DNA of 64,000 nt from Ruditapes philippinarum. Its lineage: Eukaryota. This document shows, piece after piece, positions 25,509 through 38,567 of the stretch (position 1 is its first letter; every line of letters begins with the position of its first letter). The translations under genes were made by a program, and so were the position numbers. The DNA lies in contig NW_026851604.1 in the NCBI RefSeq assembly GCF_026571515.1, positions 1 through 64,000 of the forward strand, read 5' to 3'. The notes below the pieces were generated by a model. That model made no database searches. It was given only the letters and a program-made list of their open reading frames with translations, and was not told the DNA's origin.

Positions 25509-26921
25509 ATGGAGACCCAATGTTCTGATGACGAATACAACAAAAGTGTGATATTTGTTATATCATCTCTAACTATAGGAAGTTTAATGTACTTAGCAAC
25601 CATTCTATTTTGGATGTCACGAATTTGTAAATATAAAAGTTCTCGTTTAAGAGGTATGTATTTCTTGAATATTTCTTTATACTTCTTATTTCGGTAAAAT
25701 GTTGGTACAATATCGGTAAAATTTCCTATTTTCTATTCACTTTTGATGATTTGATGTTAAAATGAAGGTCTGTACTACAATGAATAATTACATTGATAGT
25801 GTTTAGTATTGGACATAACAACAAACCATGAAATAGTTATACATGCACTTAAGTTGTTGGTAAGTGTGACATACATGATCCTATATTACATATATGTATT
25901 TATATAGCAGATATATAATAAAATGTTCTCGAACAAACATATTTTTATTTTATGTCATCAGATAAATGGTCATTCTAAATCACCTTGAACAACATAAACA
26001 TTTTTTCCAACAGCATATTACACGAAATTTCAAGTGACACATTTCTATAGTTTCCATAGACTTCGATACTCGTTGATTCTTCATACAATAACTGTCTTAT
26101 TATTTAACCAATCTAAAACTTGTCATTTGGTGTCCAATTTCCTTTTGTCGCGCACACAAACCCTTAACAAGCGGACGGAAAACACATGAGTTGTTTGCCT
26201 GTTTCCAACATTTTTATATTCTTTCTAAAGCTTGTAAATACTTATTAAAATGCTCAGAATATTTCTTGTTCATTTGTCAGAAAGGATGTATGCTGACTTT
26301 AATCATTTAATTTACACATGATGTTTATTTAATGTAACTTTATTTTTGATTGGTCGGCTAGTATTCTATATCCCGTCACTTCCACTACACCAATAGCTTG
26401 AAATAGAATTAGGAAAGAATATACATTAATCAAAACCATAAAAACATATTTTTGTTCCCTTGTTATTTTGTCGATAGTATAGTTGATTTTTTAGATTTCA
26501 TGAAAAGTGATTGCACCAATAAGTGTCATAAGTTAATGATATGTTTCGAAAATCCGTAAAAGTGGTGCTCCCTCGGGAGCAATAAGAACACGAATATGAT
26601 ATGAAAATTGAGTTTATTCCATGATTCTTATATCAATTTCAATTACTAAACATTTTTGTTATATTATTATTAATAGCAAAGCCAAAAACAAGTGCCACAT
26701 CTGTCAACAATCAGTGGTGTTTAAAGGTTACCAGAATCAAAAGCCAAGGTCCTAGCATCCAGCAAAGGATTTGGAGAAAGCAATCATTTTTAAATGAAAC
26801 CTCCCAAGTCCAACCTGTTCATTTACCAAGACCTGTTGTTACAGGAAAAGACTTGAATAATCGTCACGGAATCACGTCACGTGATAATGAAACCAATGGT
26901 TTTGATTTTTCCTGTTACTAA
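25509..26921 (+). CDS. Candidate two-exon ~129-aa single-pass membrane protein (exons 25509-25653 and 26677-26921)
   Basis: ACCATGG start; hydrophobic VIFVISSLTIGSLMYLATILFWM followed by basic RICKYKSSRLR. Donor AG|GTATGT at 25654, acceptor TAATAG ending 26676; phases match and the frame is open to TAA at 26919. Further upstream exons are possible. Confidence 0.5.
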
Positions 26922-29384
26922 TTAAGATGAAAAACGAGAAAAAAAGAAAGAATGTGATTTATGAAATAACAAAAGCAGTGTTTCAACATACTCTGAACTA
27001 GAAAACAGATGTGCTGATATATACCACAGAGAATTTTATTTATCAAATTAGAATATCGGACGACAATTTAAATTTTGGAAATTTAAATCTCAAGGGCAAA
27101 CTAGAGGATGCGTTAAATGACGGTAGCACATCGTGACATATTTCAAGGATGCAACTTTTCAATTCAATATGATTATTAAATTTACTTACGTATTATTTTG
27201 AACAAAACTTATACCAAAATAATTCACAATAGGAATTGTTAAAATCAACTACTAGACATGATTAAAAAATGTCCTTTTACTACTAATAATATTAATGACA
27301 TGAAAATAAAAATTGTGTGTAAATATATCTGATCAGAATATTATGTACATGTCTGTGAGCCTGAATATACACATACCAATCAATTAGTCAAATCAATTAA
27401 TGACCCAATCAATAACGATTAATCTTATGTTATTGCAAAAACACTTAATGACTTTGTATTCACCACGTGACTTTTAAGCTGTACAGTTTCTGAATTGGAC
27501 TATTTAATCTTCCATTTACCGATAATTTTTTCAAATTATATAATAAAAGATAATGTTAGTTTACAAACAGTATGGATTAGCAGGCTGACCTGCCTCTTTA
27601 CTGGTGGCAAAGGATGATCACTTTTGCTTTCAACAGGGTAACGGTCCTAATAGCGCGGTGCTCCTGATGCCTGATGGTTATTAGTATGATTTCTACTATA
27701 CTTGTAAGGGCATTAATTAGGCATCCACCTAAATCATAATTTTTGATAAATAGGTAGAAGGTAAATTGCGGAGAAATTGATTATTATTTGAAAGTTATCG
27801 AGGAAAGCCGATTATTTCTAATAACTAGTGGCTTTTATAATTGGAACCGGATATTCCAATTTGAAATGTAACTTCAATTTTCCCTCTTACCAAGTATGAT
27901 TTATTTGATTATGTTTTGTTTATTTATTCTTATGGATCCGGTGTGATTTTGCATAATATATCAGTTCTTCATTTTTACACTCGTAAAATCATTATGAATT
28001 TGACGACAGAAAAAATGTTTAAATTACATGCTTGTTATGTACAAAACAACCTCTTATGTAATAAGTAAAAGAAAGAGTATCGAAACACGATGCTATCTGA
28101 TTTGTTCTTTCTCTTTTATATCATAGTTAAACATAAAAAACACGCTGCCTGCTGTCACAAACCCTTGCAAAAATAAGCCAATCAATGGGCATGCTCTGGA
28201 GTACAGGTTACTAATGGAAACCTGCACGCCAGGGAACGTACTACATGAATATGTATACAATTTGACTCGGACACATTTTTTAACAGAAAGGTCCCCAACC
28301 TATGATACAATAAAATATTATCTAAGAACTAACGATAACGTATACAATAAAATATTATCTAAGAACTAACGATAACGTATATATACCAATTGATAGTTAT
28401 TGCCCTTTTACCTAAAAGTGTTACATTTCTTAGTTTTCGTTGAATATTATTTATAAATGCATAAAACGCCACGGAAGTTTTACGAAAATAACAACAATTT
28501 TGAATTTATTGAGCTATATGTTGTAGAATATAAATCAATTCTGTTTAAAATATCACAATTTTTACAAATTTTATTTTCTCTAGCTCATAAGTATACAGCT
28601 AACTAAAGCATTCATACAATAATATACCTGTTACAGTCATATATACATGTATATATATCTTGCATATAAATATAAGCACTACTGTATTGTATCACACTAT
28701 ACACAAAATCTGAAATACCCATTTGTTCAGCACATAGGATACTTACACTTAACTACTTTATTTTTTTTCTTTTAACGTTATTTCTTTCGTGAAATATGTC
28801 TGTAAAGAAAGCTAATCGATGATGCTTGCAGCAATATAGAATATTGTTTACATAATACTACGCACTTGTAATCGTTTTATCTATATACACAGTTTTTTTA
28901 AATAAATGAATTTTGCTGTAGCTGTAAAATATACCCTAATCAAACCATTTGACAAGATATATGGTCATGTTTAAGATATTTAAAAAATAACATTACCTCA
29001 CATAGCAGTATTGGTTATAAAAGCTTTCATCCGTATTATATACAATACATTAAGCGAGGGAATAAAACTTTTCTAATATAAAATATAATAATTTTGTAGA
29101 GCTAACAATTTGCTCAAATATCATCGTTTGCCATAGATATTTGAGTTTAATTTGATGTTAACATAAAACCATTTATATTACAGTGCATTGAAATCAATGT
29201 AATATAAGTTTGATCAAGATATGGTTCATAATTTACAAGTTTAAATGTTACAGTAATAATGGAATAAATGTCTTATAGTCCTGTAAGTTCTTTTATAATT
29301 GTACCTTTTCTATAATAAAGAACAATTACCACATAATTTTATGCACTCTTCCGTTTTCAAATCAATGAAAAATGAATACAGTGT

Positions 29385-31105
29385 TCATTGTGTGTTAAAA
29401 ACTTTCAACTGGTCTCCAATGCAACCAACATAGATCTCAGCATAGCGTGAACTGTAGCATATTGATTGAAGACGGTCTTCATCTTCACCTTTATACATTA
29501 TCTTCCCTTGCTTCAAGTCTCCGTTGACTTTATGAATTGTTCCATTACTAAAACAGCAGACAAGTAATGACCCGTCATCTAACATCAACATTCCTTGTGG
29601 TTCTCTAAGATCTGTATGTGTATATGTAGCTATAACGTCCCCTTGTAATGATACACTCACTACACTGTTGTTACCACGGTCATTGATATACAGAAGTTTG
29701 GAATCCTTACCCACAGCAATATACGGGAAAAAGTAATTTGAAAGAACGTTCAGTGGGATGTCATTCAGGATATCACCTTGTGTATTCAGTACAATCACAC
29801 TAGGAGGATACAAACAAGCAACATAAAGACGATCTTGATTAAAGTCTATACCATAGCATGGCCTATCTACTTTAATACTGCGGACACATGATAGCTTGTC
29901 GTCTGTTGTCATGACAACTATTTCTTTGTTTACCGGCATTGTTACAGCAAACTGTTCCTGAGACATTACAGCAATATCACATGGCGCTGAGTCTAGAGCT
30001 TTCTCATCTTTCACAAGTCTGTTCTCTATAGATATCAATTTTACCTTATGGTTGGTGTAATCAGCTAGAACTAATTTATTTGTGTTGAGAACTGCACATC
30101 CTGCAATATCACATTTCTTTTTATCTGATGAAGTTTTAACATTGATATCTCCTTTTACAATTAGACGATCAACAGCTTTTGTCACTTATGTAGATTCATG
30201 ACGAGAATGATCGACAATCTCACCGAAGACCATTTTTTTACAGAACAATGTTTCGAGTTCAGCATTTCGTTGAAATGAGTAGTGCATATTGGTATGCAAT
30301 AATGTTTGTTCTGCATCAATTAATTCATCTGATTTCAGCGTAGATTCTGCCCGTTTCATGTCAATGTAGAGTTGACCGTCTTGATAAGTTGATTTGCTTG
30401 CATGCAGACTTGATTGCAAGCATTTTATTCCGGAAATCATATTTTCGCATTTATCAAGGACATGTTGAATAATTTTGTTGGTGTTGGACTTTATTTCCTC
30501 GGCATTATTTAAAGCATCTTTTTGCATCAGATCCAGGCGGTCGTTTATTTCTTTTCGGAATTCAGTGATGGCCTTGATGATTTCTTTATTGTAATCATTT
30601 ATGTTGCTTCTACTGCTTTTAGCCTTCTTCGAAATTTCTGATGCTTCTTTTAATTTTTCGTCGAGCTTCTTCATGACGTCATCGAACTCATTCCCATCTG
30701 CGACACCTACGCATTTTTCAGGTATGTAATCAACTTTACATGTTCTATGTCCTAAAGTTATGCAATCATTGCATCCGAGTGCATGGTGTGATGGACAATA
30801 AAATTTGATTATTTCTTTTTTGTGAACTTGACACATTTCAGTGCATTCATTGTTTGATTTCCGTGTAGTTTGGAACTTATCAAAATCATTACACTGCAAA
30901 ATTTGATGATTTAGTAAGACTTTTGTTTTCTGTGGACATCGTGGCAATTTTTACAAAGGTATTCTTGACATGTGACACAAAAGCCATGAGCTTCTATACG
31001 TTGACCCGTGGTAAGACATGGCTCACAACAGTGATCGAAGTCTTCCGTTGATCCTGCTGCTACTGATCCTAGCAGGTCTACTTGTTTACGTCCTGAAACG
31101 GCCAT
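29385..31105 (-). pseudogene. Disrupted RING-less B-box1/B-box2/coiled-coil/NHL TRIM-like gene
   Basis: Three track ORFs join into a paralog of 51801-53522. One T is missing in the run at 30926-30929 (4 vs 5), and there is an in-frame TAA at 30186-30188. Confidence 0.85.
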
Positions 31106-31910
31106 TCCTGGAATACAGAAAATAGAAGTTTTTATCACTATCTTCCTTTCTACTTTAAAGGTTATATTATTCAATTTGGCGCATATCGAAATTTTACTTA
31201 CATCTTAATTAACCACAAATGAAAAACAATTTATGTGTTTTGCTTAATCGATCGCTGTGTAGCATTTTAATTTTCCAATGAAAAAGAAATATCTCATTTG
31301 ACTTGTGACCTTAATTTTTGATATTTAAAAAAAACAATATCTGCTTTACACTGCAAACAAATAATTCTATTTCTTATGTATTAATATTGGTAACCAATCG
31401 ATAAAATTTAATTGGACAAAGTTGTTGTGTTAACCGATATTAATCGTATTCATTAAAGTATCAACAATCAATAAATCAATTAAACTCTTTAATGAACACC
31501 GATCATAATTAAATAATAAACGTACACATTAAAAAAATCATGATTCTAGTGACAATAGTATGACTGTGAATCACTAATATAGCCAAATAACAACAATACA
31601 ACATACGCTTTCTTAAGTAAAGGGACGCAATTTCACACTATTTGTACAGCTTTACAGTACAAGGTAGACTCCCTTTATCAAGAAAAAAACTACGTCAAAA
31701 AGTAAGTTATAAGTTTTACATATCGCATGTAACATTACAATAATGTGGGCGGGGCAACGCTCGACTTTTTACTTTTCTAATTCCAATTCAGATGCGTCTC
31801 ACAAATGTAAGCTAATAATATACAATAAAGAGAAAATGGTATGATTTATTTCCTTATTTTTTCTCCGATAGTTTATGTAAAAACGCGAGGACACAAAAAG
31901 ACTTTTTCTT

Positions 31911-32075
31911 ACCTTTTGCAGTTATTTATTGTATCTATATTATTATCCGACCTTTACACGATTAAAATGAATTACATGTAATTGGTTGTTCTTCTTGAAA
32001 CTGACCTACAAGTTTTCGGCATAGATTAATTAAACTTCCTTTCTCCGAAAAAGTTTATAGATAGCATGTTCTAGT
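31911..32075 (-). promoter_or_regulatory. Putative non-coding first exon/core promoter module A of the TRIM-like gene
   Basis: Minus-strand donor AAG|GTAAGA at 31912 could splice to acceptor TTCCAG 2 nt before the ATG. Conserved TTCTCCGAA and TTATAGATAG block; orthologous block at 54298-54450. Confidence 0.5.
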
Positions 32076-33597
32076 TTTTGCGCAAGGGTAGTTATGCATT
32101 TTATAATGTCGCTTATTAAATTTAAAAGTCATCTCCCTTTATAAATGATGTTAATAGTATAGAGAAGTTATGCAAACTGTACTTCATTTGGATGTTACGC
32201 AAATTCTCATCTGGAAATATGTTCAAGTATAAGTAATTATGTTTTTTAATGATATGAATTATGACAATTGATTGATATTATGACTATTTCTGATGAAATT
32301 ATAACACAGCTAAACATTGACAAAAAACATGCCAAACAATGTTTTGCTATGTCAAATTGTATTTATTTACCTTAAACATGCACTATGAGCGTCAAGAAAT
32401 CAGTATGGTTAACAAAGATATATTGACATTAGCATCAAGGGTAATATATTGCCAAATATGAATAAAGTCTTATACCATGACTGTATGATTTCTTGCAACG
32501 CAACTGCCTGACCCCTTGCAAGTTTAATAAATAAATGTGTATGACTTCTTGTTAGTTTCTAGGACTCTTACAATATATAGACTATATTGAGTACAGCATG
32601 AATTTGCTATGGAAACGCAATTTTCAACTTAATCGTTATTTGTTTCAATTAAGTTTAATTTCTATAATTTTATATGATGATTTATCTATCCTTTGTCCAT
32701 TTATCTATACTATATCCTTTGTCCATGATCAAATTTGAAATCAACAAAACCTGAATAATACAAAATGATTTCGCCGGAAGTGATACAACTTCATTTTAGT
32801 CACGTAGTGATCTCGAAAGATTTCATATATATTTATCTTAAAAGTAAGTTTCAGAGAAAATATCTTATGAATTTGCAAGAAAACATACAATATGGATATA
32901 ACACTTGTATCACATTTCGAGCATACATTGTATCTAAACGAATGTCGTGAACTCGCTTCAATTCAGAATAAATAATTAACTGAAAATAAAAATAAACTGC
33001 GTACATCTGCCATTCTTTAGGTGAATAAAAACAAAATTTGAAACCAGTCCGGTATACATTTCGTGTTAATATGTGCCGATGATGAAACTTGATTTTATGA
33101 AAACTGCGCTGGTTGGGATGCGAAACTTGCATAGATAATAAGGAGAATTCCCTTAAGAAAAAATAGCATACATCAACCACAGAAAATTATCATTTTTAAC
33201 GTTCAGCTTGCAACATCCAAATGATAATACAAAGCATTTATAAATCCGCTTACCTTCTGTGTATCTTGTAAATTTGTTCGCATTTTGCCATATTAAGACT
33301 TGTGCAAACAAAGGTTTAGCAAATCATCATAATGGTAGAACTAGTGATAAATTAAAGACAATTAAACAGTCAAACATCGTACGCTTTCCCGATCCTGTGA
33401 TGTATTAAAATGTAATATTGCAGGATATAAATGCTTCATTCATCAAACTGTTTCAATGACAGTCCTAAGCAAAGACCAGTTACATCCCCTTACAAAACAT
33501 TACGTGATTAATTTAATTTCCGCAGTATCTAGCATGTTTAAACACGTATAAATAATACATACAAAATTAAGTGTTTGTTTAAAATATAGATTATCTT

Positions 33598-33800
33598 ACC
33601 TGTTTTCAAGTATAACTATACAGCATGCCAGATAAAAACATTCCAAACTTTTCAAGATTTAAACTTTATTAATTGTGAAACTTTTTTAAATATAAAATCT
33701 ACCTTTTTTAACAATTTAATGAAAAATAGTGACCTTAATGCTGAATGCCGCAGATTAACTTCCTTTCGTGGAAAACGTCTATAAATAGCATGTCCTAAAT
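33598..33800 (-). promoter_or_regulatory. Putative alternative first exon/core promoter module B
   Basis: Donor CAG|GTAAGA at 33599; TTCGTGGAA at 33765; CTATAAATAG at 33779. Confidence 0.45.
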
Positions 33801-34529
33801 TTAATTTTATGTTATCACAGATTTATCTCCCATTATGCTGAGTGATCTTAAGTATAGAAAAGTTGTCATTAGATTAAATTGGTCACCTGTTTAAAGCACA
33901 GACATTTGCGGTGTTGAGCTCCCAACTCCTTAAAAAATCAAATAAAATGTATATTTGTTAATACCGGCGCATATAACTTTTTAAAACTGACATACAATTT
34001 TTGGCCTTTCATTTCTCGAAAACTTATATAAATCCTAGTTTTTTGGCAAGGTAATTTTTTAATTTTTGTCGCTCATTATATTTTAAAGTTATCTCCCTTG
34101 ATAAATAATGATAATTATTAAGTTTGTCAAATCGAGAAGTTATACATCAATTGGTGATCATCCAAGTGTTGCAACCTGAAAAAGGGAATAAGTAATTATA
34201 TTTTCTAATGATGTGAATAATTATTGATGTATTTTATGACTATTCCTGATGGAATTATAGCACAGCGAATAACTGATAGGAAACGTGCTGAGTAAGTATT
34301 GGCATTCATTGACACACAATATTCAAACCTTTAACATGCACTTTATTTAAAATCAAACCAGTATTGTTAACAAATATATATTTGCCAGCTGCTCCACGGG
34401 ACGTATTGTGACAAAAGCATTAAAATTTTGGGCAAAGTGTTGGACCATGACCGTATGATTTCTTGCAACGACACTGTATGACATCGTCCGAGTTAAAAAA
34501 ATAATGTGCATGAATTCTTGCGAGTTTGT

Positions 34530-34739
34530 TTGTTTGTTTCATTTTACGCCTTTTCCCAACAGTATTTCAGTTATATAGGCGGGTAGTTTCCTTACCATCG
34601 TTCCTAGAGAGTAACACCAGTACTAGACTAGCTTCCTCTGCGTTAAACTACCAAAGCGTCTCCCTGGGATCGAACCCACTCCAGAGAGGTAATTGGATTA
34701 GAAGTCATCGACTCTAACCTCTTGACCACGGCGGCGGTT
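34530..34739 (-). mobile_element. tRNA-derived SINE
   Basis: A box TGGTCAAGAGG, B box GGTTCGATCCC, (AAAC)n tail, 12-bp TSD TTGCGAGTTTGT. The paralogous site near 42655 is empty. Confidence 0.85.
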
Positions 34740-35969
34740 TTGCGAGTTTGTAGGACTCTGACAAAGAAATGACACTATAAAGAGTGCAATATGAATTTGA
34801 TATGGAAAGTTTGTACTTATCTTATCTTATCTTAATTCATATCATTTAATCAAATAATGATATATATATCAGAAAATCACATGGTGCATATACTAAAACT
34901 TCATTTGTTATATCATAAAATAAAAACATCGACAGTGCATCAAGGAATGCTAAGAAAATATAATTTCTGAACACTCTTGTTAACATGACTGCATGGCCTC
35001 GTGAGACTTCAGCGAATAAATTGCATTACATCTTGCGCTTGATAGCAACCATTAAGAAACCCCATCGTTGTTTGTTTAAATTAACTCAAATTCCTATATA
35101 TCTTAAAACCTGAAAGTTACCAAATGGCTTCGCTGGGAGTGATACAACTTGTTTTAGACACCACTTGAACTAGTAAGATATCATATATATAGCTAGCAAG
35201 AAAACAAATCAGATGATTTCTTATGAGTTTGCAAGAAAATATACAATATTGATCTTACACGTGTGGCACATTTCCAGAATTTATTCAAGAATATAAATGA
35301 TTTTCTTTTCGGAAAATATAATAGATAAAAAGGTTATATATTACAAAATGAATTGCGTACATCTAGCATGCTTTTCGTGAATAAATTCCAAATCAGAAAC
35401 CGGTCCGACACAAATTTCGTGTTTTGTGCCAATGGTAAAACTTAATTTCAAGAAAACTGCACTAGATTGGTTGTGAAACAGACATATTCAATAAAGAAAA
35501 GGTACAATCATACATCAATAACTAACAAATTTGTGATTGTTTGCAATATTCGAATGAGGACATTTCGTTAATCCGTTTATCCACAGTGTTTCTTGTAAAT
35601 TTATACATATGTTGTCATATTTTAAAATAGCCCAAATAAAGATTCAGCAAAGTATTTTAATGATAGGGCTTGTGATAAATAAAGGCCGATTAAACAGCCA
35701 TACCTCATATGCTCAAAGATTCTGTGAATATTTAATTGTTATATGGCAGGAAGTAAAATGTTTCATGAATCGAACGGTTCAGATTGAATCAAACTGTTCA
35801 GATAACAGTCCTAAAATATATTACCAGTTACATCCCCTGACGTTACGTTACTTGATTCATGAAATATTTTACTCCTTAACTGAGTGAATTGCTTATCGTT
35901 TTAGCATGTTTAAACCCTTTAACGATATACAAAGTAAAGTGTATATTAAAAGTATTGTTTACCTTTCCT

Positions 35970-36533
35970 GTTGTAGGAGATAAAAAAGCCTAATTAGGGG
36001 TTTGTTACTCCTACGTAGGACTTTTAAACTCCTAATAAGGATTTTTTTATCTCCTACGTAGGAGTTATAAAGTCCTACGTAGGAGTTAAAAAGTCCTACG
36101 TAGGAGTTTAAAAGTCCTACGTAGGAGTTATAAACTCCTAATTAGGCTTTTTTATCTCCTACGTAGGAGTTTAAAAGTCCTACGTAGGAGTTATAAAATC
36201 CTACGTAGGACTTATAAAGTCCTACGTTGGAGATATAAAGTCCTACGTAGGAGTTTAAAAGTCCTACGTAGGAGTTATAAATTCCTAATTAGGCTTTTTT
36301 TTATCTCCTACGTAGGAGTTATAAAGTCCTACGTAGGAGATACAAAGTCCTACGTAGGACTTATAAAGGTTTACATAGGAGTTATAAAGTCCTACGTAGG
36401 ACTTACAAAGTCCTACGTAGGAGTTTAAAAGTCCTACGAAGGAGTTACAAACTCCTAATTTGGTTTTTTATCTCCTATGTAGGAGTTTATTTTTATATAG
36501 AACATTATGAATTGGCACCAGGTCGCTTCCGTA
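35970..36533. repeat. Satellite-like array of ~21-bp units built on the palindrome TCCTACGTAGGA, probably the interior of a DNA transposon
   Basis: More than 20 units with a periodic CCTAATTAGGC variant; ends GGCACCAGGTCGCTTCCGTA. Confidence 0.85.
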
Positions 36534-36593
36534 AGTATGACTGTAAATCACTAATATAGCCAAATAACAACAATACAACATACGCTTTCTTAA

Positions 36594-37390
36594 GGTATGA
36601 GCCCCCTAATGGGCACTATAAAGAACTATAAAATTGACAGCTTAGGTCTGTTATATACCTTAAAGGACACCTGTATGCAAAATCTAAAGAAAGTTTACCA
36701 TATGGTTTTCAAGGTATGGTGATTTTTCTTACTGAAAACTTGGCTACTGAAACGGCTCTTTTTCAGAAATGAGAAACTTTCAATAATCTATCATATAATC
36801 AATATGGAAAAATATGTTCCATTTGACCATTGCTAAGAAACAAATAATAGCATTCAACAAGCAAATGACACAAGAAAACTTAGTGTTTCTATTCAAGATA
36901 TTTGAAATATGTATACAAATGGTACCCTACCCCACCAATTTTAAACCCTTGATTAACAATTTTCCTACTTGGAGCGCCTTATTAAAAAAAGCCTTAAAAT
37001 TTACCAAAATGAGGGACTGTTTTCAAAGTTTGCCTTAATTGTTTTATAGTATACTGGTTACTGGTTAATCTTGTCAAATATAAAATACTTTTACCGTCTA
37101 GTTTTTATTTTATTAGACTTTGAAAATATCAGGTATCATATCTGATGATAAATTTGGCATAATTTAGCCATTAAATACCAATAATAATTTTATACTTAAA
37201 ATGAAACACTTTTTTCTTACCAAGAGTGATCCAAGAGACACAAAAAATGTTGAAAGAAAAAATAGAAAGAAAAAAAGTTGCCTCTTCTGGGGCTTGAACC
37301 CGCGCCCCTCAGCTTCAATGCAGTTGACAGTAGTTCTAGCCTATTTGAATACTCTTCAAAGTGGAGGTAATGCATTAGGTGGGTCATACC
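36594..37390. mobile_element. Kolobok-like non-autonomous DNA transposon (~800 bp)
   Basis: TTAA|GGTATGAGCCCCCTAATG ... CATTAGGTGGGTCATACC|TTAA. The empty TTAA site is visible in the paralog at ~31613. Confidence 0.9.
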
Positions 37391-38411
37391 TTAAGTAAAG
37401 GGACGCAATTTCACATTTGTAAAGCTTTCCAGTACAAGGCAGACATTCTTTATCAAGAAAAAAACTACGTCAAAAAGTAAGTTATAAGTTTAACATATCG
37501 CATAGTAACATTACAATAATGCTGTATTTCAAAAACAAGAGCAACTGCCGGGCGGGAGCAACGCTCGACTTTTTACTTTTCTAATTCCAATTCAGTTATG
37601 CGTCACACAAATGTAAGCTAGTAATATACAATAAAGAGAAAATGGTTTGATTTTTTTCCTTATCTTTTCACCGATAGTTTATGTAAAAACGCGAGGAAAC
37701 AAATATTAAGAAAGAGAAAGACTTTTTCTTACCTTTTGCAGTTATTTATTGTATCTATATTATTATCCGACCTTCACACGATTAAATGAATGAATTGAAT
37801 GTTCTTTTTGAAACTGACCTACAAGTTTTCGGCATAGATAAATTAAACTTCCTTTCTCCGGAAACGTTTATAAATAGCATGTTCTAGTTTTTGCGCAAGG
37901 GTAGTTATACATTTTATAATGTCGCTTATTAAATTTAAAAATCATCTCCCTTTATAAATGATGATAATACTATAGACAAGTTATGCAAACTGTATTTCAT
38001 TTTGACGTTACGCAAATTCTCATCTGGAAGTATGTTCAAGTGTAAGTATTTATGTTTTCTAATGATATGGATTATAACAATTGATTTATATTATGACTAT
38101 TTCTGATGAAATTATAACACAGCTAAACATTGACAGAAATCATACCAAACAATGTTTTGCTATGTCAAATTGTATTTATTTACCTTAAACATGCACTATG
38201 AGCGTCAAGAAATCAGTATGGTTAACAAAGATATATTGCCATTAGCATCAAGGGACACATATTGCCAAATCTGACTGCATGAATTTGTGTGACTCTAGCA
38301 ATTTAATATGCATTTCATCTTGCAAGCTTCTTCTGTGATTTCAACGCAATTTTCAACTCAATCGTTATTTGTTTCAATTAAGTTTAATTTCTATATAGTT
38401 TTATATGATGA

Positions 38412-38567
38412 TTTATCTATACGATATCCTTTGTCCATTTATCTATACTATATCCTTTGTCCATTTATCTATACTATATCCTTTGTCCATTTATCTATAC
38501 TATATCCTTTGTCCATTTATCTATACTACATCCTTTGTCCATTTATCTATACTATATCCTTTGTCCA
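38412..38567. repeat. 26-bp tandem repeat TCCATTTATCTATACTATATCCTTTG
   Basis: About 6 units here, about 2 at 32680-32727 and 1 at ~55265. Confidence 0.95.

Larger units (their letters stand above)
25760..35850 (+). repeat. Segmental duplication, copy 1 (~10 kb; partner ~47570-57980)
   Basis: Collinear similarity from GAA.GTCTGTACTACAATGAATAATTAC through the TRIM-like gene and its upstream modules; offset ~22 kb. Confidence 0.9.

Noticed and set aside
32062-32075. p53 response element (TAGCATGTTC)
   Set aside because: Only one imperfect half-site per module.
35609-35887. Similar ORFs at 35609 and 43586
   Set aside because: Similarity is explained by recent duplication; the frame is not kept in the more diverged units.
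35970-36533. CRISPR-like palindromic repeats
   Set aside because: No unique spacers, no cas genes, eukaryotic context.
37280-37345. tRNA-like B box (minus-strand GGTTCAAGCCC)
   Set aside because: Degenerate fragment inside the Kolobok-like element; no cloverleaf.
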